Origin: Candidatus Marinacidobacterales bacterium | Lineage (GTDB): Bacteria; Acidobacteriota; Vicinamibacteria; Marinacidobacterales; DATDRI01 | Direction: 5' to 3' | Assembly (NCBI GenBank): GCA_965226495.1 | Contig: OZ245365.1 | Coordinates: 5,216,001 to 5,280,000, forward strand | Length of the DNA: 64,000 nt | Shown: positions 58,121 to 64,000 of the stretch, one piece after another | Numbering within the stretch: the stretch's first letter is position 1 | Layout: the number at the start of each line of letters is the position of its first letter | Notes under the pieces: model-generated | The model's database searches: none | Seen by the model: only the letters and a program-made list of their open reading frames with translations | Told to the model about the DNA's origin: nothing | Translations under genes and position numbers: made by a program

Positions 58121-59974
58121 TTGAAACGGCTGATCATCCGACATGGCGAGCGTGTCATCCGGCACGAGCTCGGCGACCAACCGGTGACCATCGGCCGGGA
58201 CCTTGAGTGCGATCTCTTCTTCTCCGACCAGCTCCTCTCACGCCAGCACTGCCGTATCGAGGCCACACCCGAGGGCGTGCGCTACGAGGATCTCGGAAGC
58301 CGTAACGGGAGCTTTTTGGACTCGAAGCGCGTCGAGATCGTGAACTTGGTGCCGCACCAAACGGTGTGCCTGGGCGGGCTCGTCGTCAGCTACGAGGACG
58401 ACAGTTCCCCGAGCGGTTCCGGCGAAGACGAGACGGTGATGCTGGAGAAGAGCGCGCCCGACGAAGACGAGACGGCCATGCTCAAGGAGCGCCCTTCCGA
58501 GCCGACGCCGAAGAGGAGCACTCCAGCGGCCGCCCCTCCGGACCCTCCACAAGACGACAAGACCCAGATTCTTCCGGTAGAGCCCGCCAAGCCCGCGGAG
58601 GACAAGACCCAGATTCTTCCCGTAAAACCTCTCAAGCCTGACGAAGCGAAGTCGAAACTTCAGAAGACCCGCGTACTGGACGCCAACGCTCTCAAGGTGG
58701 ACGTGGACAAAGTGGACCGGGGTGCTTCCGATACCAGGCTTCTGACGCGGGACGCTCGGCCGCCTCGCCAATCTTCACAGGCTCAACAGGCTCAACAGGC
58801 ACCGTCGCGTCCTGTCGACGCCCCCATGGCCGAAGAGGGCGCCGCCTCGTCAAGAGGGCGCGGCCGGTTGGCATCGTTGTCGTGGTCCGCGAAGCTTCTG
58901 TGCCTCGTCTCGAGCGTGGCGCTTCTGGTCTATCTCGTCCTCGCCTACCCCCTGGTGCGCACGCTCGGAAACGCGCTTCGGGAGGAATCGCTACGCCGGG
59001 GACGCACGCTCCTGTCGCTCACCGCGGCGACCAACGGCAACGCCGTCGGCGAAGGTCGCATCCGGGACGCCTCGGTCGACCACATTTTGCGTGAAGAGCG
59101 CGTGAAAGAAGCGCTCCTCCTCGACCTCGAAGGGAACGTGCTCGCTCCTCCGAGTCGAGCCGACGAGGTGTTGACGACGATCGACGGCATCGACGCCGAG
59201 CTCGGCAACATCCGCACGTTTTACCTCGGACGACGGGGACCCGATTACGTCATGGTGCAGCCTCTGCTGCACCGGAGTCGGCGGGTAGGCTTCGCGGTCC
59301 TCGTCTATGAAGCCGCGACCGCGTCGGCGAGCTGGGCGACGGCCGTCCTCTTTCTGGCGTTTCTCGTGCTGATCCTCGGCGTCGTCTCCGCACTCGTTTT
59401 CGGGAAGCGCATGACGCTCGAACCCCTCTCAAGTTTCCGGGACGACGTAGAGGCAGTGGTCAAAGGCGACGCGGATTACCTGCCCCCGCAGCAGGGTTTC
59501 GCCGAGCTCTCCGAGCTGGCGAGGAGCGTGAACCGGCTGATCGCGCGTGCGTTCGCCGTGAGTGCGACGCCGCCCGCGCAACCTGTGCCGGGGCAACCTG
59601 TGCCGGCTGTGCCCCTCGCTCGCCACGCGAGACCCGCTGAGACGTCTGCGAAAAGACCCATCACCGCGGCCGTCGAGACGAGCCCCCATCCCGACGCGAG
59701 GTTTTGGGTCGACGAAAACTTCATCGTGGTCCGCGCCGACGACGAAGCAGCCGCTCTCCTGGGCGCGACAGCGGCGGAGATGGAGGGTAAACACCTCATC
59801 GAAGCGGTCCCGGATCAGAAGCTTCTGGAAGTCATCCTCGACGCGGTAAACGCGCTCGAGGAGCTCCCAGCGGCGGAAACGACCGCGGAGCTCCCCGGGG
59901 GCTCGACGCTCCAGGTAACCACTTCTCGGGATCGAGATCGCGGCAGCACCGTTGTGGGCCTGCGCCGGCTATGA
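58121..59974 (+). CDS. FHA domain - Thr-motif linker - 2TM sensor - HAMP-like - PAS-like protein
   Basis: TIGR...SRQH...DLGSRNG FHA; TM helices; EL.ELARSVNRL HAMP-like; C-terminal VD....IV....AAALLG....EGK PAS-like. Confidence 0.8.
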   Translation: MKRLIIRHGERVIRHELGDQPVTIGRDLECDLFFSDQLLSRQHCRIEATPEGVRYEDLGSRNGSFLDSKRVEIVNLVPHQTVCLGGLVVSYEDDSSPSGSGEDETVMLEKSAPDEDETAMLKERPSEPTPKRSTPAAAPPDPPQDDKTQILPVEPAKPAEDKTQILPVKPLKPDEAKSKLQKTRVLDANALKVDVDKVDRGASDTRLLTRDARPPRQSSQAQQAQQAPSRPVDAPMAEEGAASSRGRGRLASLSWSAKLLCLVSSVALLVYLVLAYPLVRTLGNALREESLRRGRTLLSLTAATNGNAVGEGRIRDASVDHILREERVKEALLLDLEGNVLAPPSRADEVLTTIDGIDAELGNIRTFYLGRRGPDYVMVQPLLHRSRRVGFAVLVYEAATASASWATAVLFLAFLVLILGVVSALVFGKRMTLEPLSSFRDDVEAVVKGDADYLPPQQGFAELSELARSVNRLIARAFAVSATPPAQPVPGQPVPAVPLARHARPAETSAKRPITAAVETSPHPDARFWVDENFIVVRADDEAAALLGATAAEMEGKHLIEAVPDQKLLEVILDAVNALEELPAAETTAELPGGSTLQVTTSRDRDRGSTVVGLRRL

Positions 59975-60031
59975 TAAATTAGATCTTTAGAGAGCCCACG
60001 CCTCCCTCCCTAGTGACTCGATTTTGGGCAT

Positions 60032-60071
60032 TGAGCCACTGAGCCACTTGGCCGCTTAGCCGCTTAGCCGA
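60032..60071 (+). repeat. Five degenerate 8-bp tandem repeats
   Basis: tgagccac tgagccac ttggccgc ttagccgc ttagccga. Confidence 0.6.
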
Positions 60072-60112
60072 TGATAAGAGACGAAACCCACCCGACGTTG
60101 CGGTCTCTAGAT

Positions 60113-61156
60113 ATGCCGCGACTCGTCGTCGAGCTTCCCGATGGAAAAGAAATCCAGCATCACCTGAGCGGCAAAGAGATTACCATCGGCCGCGACCCCA
60201 AAAACGGGATCGTGATTGCCGACGACTTCATGAGCAAATTCCACGCGAAGCTCATAATCTCCAAGACGAGCTTTGTCCTCGTCGACCTCGCGAGCGCCAA
60301 CAAGACCTACGTCAACGATCAGCCCATCTCCGAGGCGCCCGTACGCTACGGAGATACGATTCGTTTCGGCGCCGTGAAATGCCGTCTCGAAGCGCCCGAG
60401 AGCCACGGGAGGAAAGCGCCGCCGGTGGTGACGCCAACGCCGCGGACGCCTCCCGTGCCCCCCGTTAAAGCGCCGCAGAACGTGGCAAGCCCCAAGCCAT
60501 CGCCCCCGGTACCCGCTCCAAGGCCGAGCCCGCGCGCCGCCGCCAAGCCATCGCCCGCGACCCCTGGCTCCGCGCCGCCCCCGATCGAAGCCGACCCCAT
60601 GAAGCGGCTTCTGAGAATCGGCGGACTCCTCATCCTTGTCTCGCTCGCGCTCGCGATCATGCTGAGGGTACTGCTGGTGCCGTCTCAAGCGCCTCCCGAA
60701 TCGGGGGCGGAAGCGGGCGGAGGCACGGAGACTGCGGTGCCGCCTGCGGACACGCCGCCTTCGACGGCGACGACCCCGGCGACCCCAGTAACGGGGATGC
60801 CCGCTCCCGTCACGCCCACCGCGGCGGCGCCGGACGAGAACGCGGAGTACTACTTCGACGAAGGGCTCGCCCATCTGGACACCGGGCGGCTGCGCAAGGC
60901 GCGCGAGAGCTTCGACAGAGCGCTCGAACTCGATCCCGACCACTCGCGGGCGCGCACCCGGCTCAGCCTCCTCGAAGAAGAGATCGAGAAGAAAATGGGG
61001 CGCCACTTCGATAACGCGCGTCAAGCGTTTCAGTTCCTCCGATACGAGGAGGCGATTGCCGAGTGGGAGATGTTTTTGCTGCTCGCAGACGAGAGGGACA
61101 CGCGCTACGGCGAGGCTCAGCAGGGCATCCAGCAGGCGCAAGCGAAGCTGCGGTAA
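60113..61156 (+). CDS. FHA - Pro-rich linker - TM - TPR protein
   Basis: TIGRD...SKFHA...DLASANKTYVN; TM; YFDEGL...A...F..ALELDPD TPR. Confidence 0.85.
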   Translation: MPRLVVELPDGKEIQHHLSGKEITIGRDPKNGIVIADDFMSKFHAKLIISKTSFVLVDLASANKTYVNDQPISEAPVRYGDTIRFGAVKCRLEAPESHGRKAPPVVTPTPRTPPVPPVKAPQNVASPKPSPPVPAPRPSPRAAAKPSPATPGSAPPPIEADPMKRLLRIGGLLILVSLALAIMLRVLLVPSQAPPESGAEAGGGTETAVPPADTPPSTATTPATPVTGMPAPVTPTAAAPDENAEYYFDEGLAHLDTGRLRKARESFDRALELDPDHSRARTRLSLLEEEIEKKMGRHFDNARQAFQFLRYEEAIAEWEMFLLLADERDTRYGEAQQGIQQAQAKLR

Positions 61157-61159
61157 GCC

Positions 61160-63022
61160 ATGTCGAAAATCATCGTCGAGCGCGCCGGCAAGAAAGAGCA
61201 GGAGGTCGCGCTCTCCGACAAAACGCTCAGCGTCGGTCGCGAGTCGGGAAACGATTTGGTGTTGCTCGGTCCCTCCGTTTCGAGGCGCCATGCGCGCATC
61301 GAGCCTTCGGCCGGGGGCTATCGGATCGTCGACCTCGGAAGCGGCAACGGTATCCTCAAAGACGGCGAGCGTGTCCCGGAGCTCGACATCAATCCGGGAA
61401 CTGTCGTGACCCTCGGCGAGTACACGCTGAGGTTCGAGCTCGACGCTCCGAGCGTCGGCGCGGCGGAAGCTCAGGCCAAGCCCGTTCTCCTCATTCTCAT
61501 AGGCGGTGGCGAGCGTATCGCTTACCCCGTGGTGGACGGTGAAACCCTGGTAGGCCGCTCGTCGGCAGCGGCCATCCGCGTGTCCGAGCCGCTCGTTTCG
61601 AGCTCGCACTTCAAAATCGTCAAACGGGGAAGCGTGTTCGCGCTCGTCGATCTCGGGAGCGAGAACGGCACCTACGTGAACGGCGTGCGCGTCAAGGAAA
61701 AAGAGCTCGAGCAAGGGACTCAAATACGAGTCGGCCCGCTCACGTTCTTTTTCGCCGCGGACGGCGTCGAGCCCGAGCCAGGGTCGATCGAGCTCATCCA
61801 GCCGGTCCAATCGCCACAGCGCCAGCCGGCGCCTGCCGCGGCGGACGGCGCGGCGCCGGATATCCCTCCCAGCAAGCCCGCGAAAGCGACGAGGGGTCTC
61901 GCCGCGCTCCCGCGCGTCGCCCTCATCGGCGGTGGCTTCTTCGTGTTGGTGGTGTTACTCATCACCTTGATCCTGCTCCGCTCGCCAGAAGACGACGCCG
62001 AGCGCGAGTTCCAGGAAGTCTTTCAGGCGAACCTGTCGGCGAAAGAGCGCGAGCGCATCGAGGAGTATCAGACTCGCGCAGAGGATTACGCGCAACGCGG
62101 CAACTTGGGCCTCGCGCTCGAGCAATACCGCAAGATCCTCGTTCTCGACCAGACGCATCAAGAGGCGCTCGCGGAATCGGCGCAACTCGAAGAGCGTCTC
62201 GAGCAGCAGGCCGAAACCGATGCCGTCCAGGCGCGGGAGGATCGCGAGCGCATGGCGCAGGTGGCGTCGCTGACCGAACAATCCGACGCGCTCGTCGCCA
62301 ACCACGAGTTCGACGAGGCGCTGGCGCTTCTCGAGGAGGCGCTGGCGCTCTCGCCCGACAGCGACGTCTTGGCGAGCAAGCGGGTCGATATGTATGTGAG
62401 CCAAGGTGATTACGAGCGGCGGCGCAACACGACGCGCGCACGTCAGGCGTACCAGAAAGCGCTCGAGCTCGACCCGGACAACGCGGACGCCCGACGGGGT
62501 GTCGGCCGCATCGACCAGAGCCGGCGCTCGGCGCGGCAAGACAAGAAGCGCGTGGGCGAGCTGACCGAGACCGGGCTCGCAGAGCTGCGGCGAGAGGAGT
62601 ATCGCGACGCGTACCGGAGCTTTTCCGAGGTGTTGAAGCTCGAGCCACAAAACGCGCGCGCCAAGGAGTTCCGCGACCAGGCGCAGACGCTCCTGGAGCA
62701 GCAGGTGCAGCCCATTTATGAAGAAGGGGTGCGGCTCTATAACGCCGACGAGCTGTCGGCGGCGATGGAGCAGTTCCAGCGGGTGCTCGACCTCCACCCC
62801 GATCACGCGGACACACGGTCGTTCGTCGCGCGCGCCATCGAGCGGGTGCGCTCCAAAGCGGTCGAGCTCTACAAGCGCGCCTACATCTACGAGGGCCTGG
62901 GACGGTCCCGTGAAGCTCTCGCGCTCTACCAGGAATCGCTGTCGCTTCTACTCGATCCGAACGAGGAGTATCACCAGAAGGCGTCCGAGCGGATCGCGGA
63001 GCTGAACCGCAAGCTCCAATAG
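61160..63022 (+). CDS. Double FHA - TM - multi-TPR protein
   Basis: SVGRE...SRRHA...DLGSGNG and LVGRS...SSSH...DLGSENGTYVNG; TM; numerous TPRs. Confidence 0.88.
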   Translation: MSKIIVERAGKKEQEVALSDKTLSVGRESGNDLVLLGPSVSRRHARIEPSAGGYRIVDLGSGNGILKDGERVPELDINPGTVVTLGEYTLRFELDAPSVGAAEAQAKPVLLILIGGGERIAYPVVDGETLVGRSSAAAIRVSEPLVSSSHFKIVKRGSVFALVDLGSENGTYVNGVRVKEKELEQGTQIRVGPLTFFFAADGVEPEPGSIELIQPVQSPQRQPAPAAADGAAPDIPPSKPAKATRGLAALPRVALIGGGFFVLVVLLITLILLRSPEDDAEREFQEVFQANLSAKERERIEEYQTRAEDYAQRGNLGLALEQYRKILVLDQTHQEALAESAQLEERLEQQAETDAVQAREDRERMAQVASLTEQSDALVANHEFDEALALLEEALALSPDSDVLASKRVDMYVSQGDYERRRNTTRARQAYQKALELDPDNADARRGVGRIDQSRRSARQDKKRVGELTETGLAELRREEYRDAYRSFSEVLKLEPQNARAKEFRDQAQTLLEQQVQPIYEEGVRLYNADELSAAMEQFQRVLDLHPDHADTRSFVARAIERVRSKAVELYKRAYIYEGLGRSREALALYQESLSLLLDPNEEYHQKASERIAELNRKLQ

Positions 63023-63043
63023 CCGCTTCGGGCGATCGCCGTC

Positions 63044-64000
63044 ATGAATCACCCCGATTTCGAGCAGGCCATCACCCACCGGCTCGTCCAATACGGCTAC
63101 GTGCAGGAGCCGCTCGTGGAGCGGGCACGCGCGTTCCAGAACACGCGCGCGATGACGCTGATGCGGGCGCTGATCGAGCTGAAGCTGGTTGCGCCCGACG
63201 CGCTCGAAAGAGTGGTCGAAGAAGTGACCGGCGCTTCTATGGTCGACCCCTCGCTTCTCACCGTCTATCAGGAGTACATCGAGACCGTGAGCAAGCTCAT
63301 CCCGAAAGAGTTCGTGACCGGTGCGATGGTGTTCCCGGTGCAGTCGGAGCTCAACACCATTAAGGTGTGCATGCTGAACCCGACGGATCCGCTCTTCATG
63401 TCGGCGCTCGAAGGCCTGTCCGGCTGTCACATCCAAGCGGTCACTGGGCACGAGCAGCACCTCACCGCGGCGATCTCCGAGCACTACGGCGTCGCGATGA
63501 ACGACCTGCCTCCCGCCGCCGTCGACGGCGAGAAGGCCCGGGCTCTAGCGGATGGGCTCGTCCGCGAGCGAGTAAAGACGCCGATGGAGGCGTTCATCGA
63601 GCCCGCGGCCGCGCTTGCGAACCGGAACCGTGACAAGCTCGCTGTCGATCCGGCGACGCTCGAAGCGGTTGTCCGCGACCCCGACGTCATCCGCTTCCTC
63701 CATCAAGTCCTCGCCCGGCTCGTGTACGCTGGTGCGAGCGACATCCACTTCGAGCCCCTCGAGTCCGGCTTCCGGGTGCGCTCGCGGATCGACGGTTCGA
63801 TGCGCGTCGCGTGGACGCTACCACAGGCGCTCGCGATCGCGAGCGTCGCCCGCCTGAAGGTGATGGCCGGAGCCGATATGAAGCCGAGCCGCGAGCCCAT
63901 CGACGCCCGCATCAGCTACGATCTCATTTGGGGCAAAGACGTCGACTTCCGCTTCTCCAGCCTTCCGTCGCTCCACGGCGAAAAGATCGTGCTCCGCGCA
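63044..64000 (+). CDS. GspE/PilB-family ATPase, runs off the window
   Basis: Read manually from ATG 63044: N-terminal GSPII_E-like domain (M.NP.D), then GASDIHFEP...RVRSRIDG...RLKVMAG.D....P.D.R...DFRFSSLPS.HGEKIVLR. Confidence 0.88.
   Translation, partial: MNHPDFEQAITHRLVQYGYVQEPLVERARAFQNTRAMTLMRALIELKLVAPDALERVVEEVTGASMVDPSLLTVYQEYIETVSKLIPKEFVTGAMVFPVQSELNTIKVCMLNPTDPLFMSALEGLSGCHIQAVTGHEQHLTAAISEHYGVAMNDLPPAAVDGEKARALADGLVRERVKTPMEAFIEPAAALANRNRDKLAVDPATLEAVVRDPDVIRFLHQVLARLVYAGASDIHFEPLESGFRVRSRIDGSMRVAWTLPQALAIASVARLKVMAGADMKPSREPIDARISYDLIWGKDVDFRFSSLPSLHGEKIVLRA

Noticed and set aside
60032-60071. 8-bp repeats (and the 33143-33211 repeats) as a CRISPR array
   Set aside because: Units are too short, there are no spacers, and no cas genes are present.
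60107-61810. 567-aa minus-strand ORF
   Set aside because: Antisense shadow of the FHA/TPR genes.

Overview
GC-rich bacterial chromosomal window. The gene set is suggestive of Acidobacteriota/Vicinamibacteria, but this is inference only. Left part: tandem secreted amidohydrolases, envelope genes, an M16 peptidase, a YycJ-like hydrolase with an apparent ATA start, and purB-purS-purQ-purL-purF. Directly after purF is an accessory tract (about 13.2-40.5 kb) punctuated by three decayed direct copies of the purF 3' region. Its first block is the best candidate for an undescribed system: a tightly coupled lipid operon encoding a desaturase, a CarS/CDP-archaeol-synthase-like protein, a rifampin-phosphotransferase-like PEP dikinase, a UbiA-like transferase, a methyltransferase, an acyltransferase and a FAAL-ACP-reductase-kinase fusion. 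It is flanked by a paraoxonase-like gene and a convergent pssA-like gene. The combination suggests an archaeal-logic ether-lipid pathway using fatty alkyl rather than isoprenoid chains (hypothesis). The rest of the tract holds three type II TA modules, a Fic gene, a duplicated secreted protein, a probable IS91 relic and gene remnants. Right part: housekeeping genes, mtnB-mtnD-mtnC, and a large Tad/Flp pilus locus with seven pilin-like genes, a CpaE-CpaF fusion, three FHA proteins and a GspE/PilB-like ATPase, reminiscent of the myxobacterial Kil contact-killing system. Several single-base frameshifts may be sequencing errors. No rRNA, tRNA or CRISPR array was recognised.
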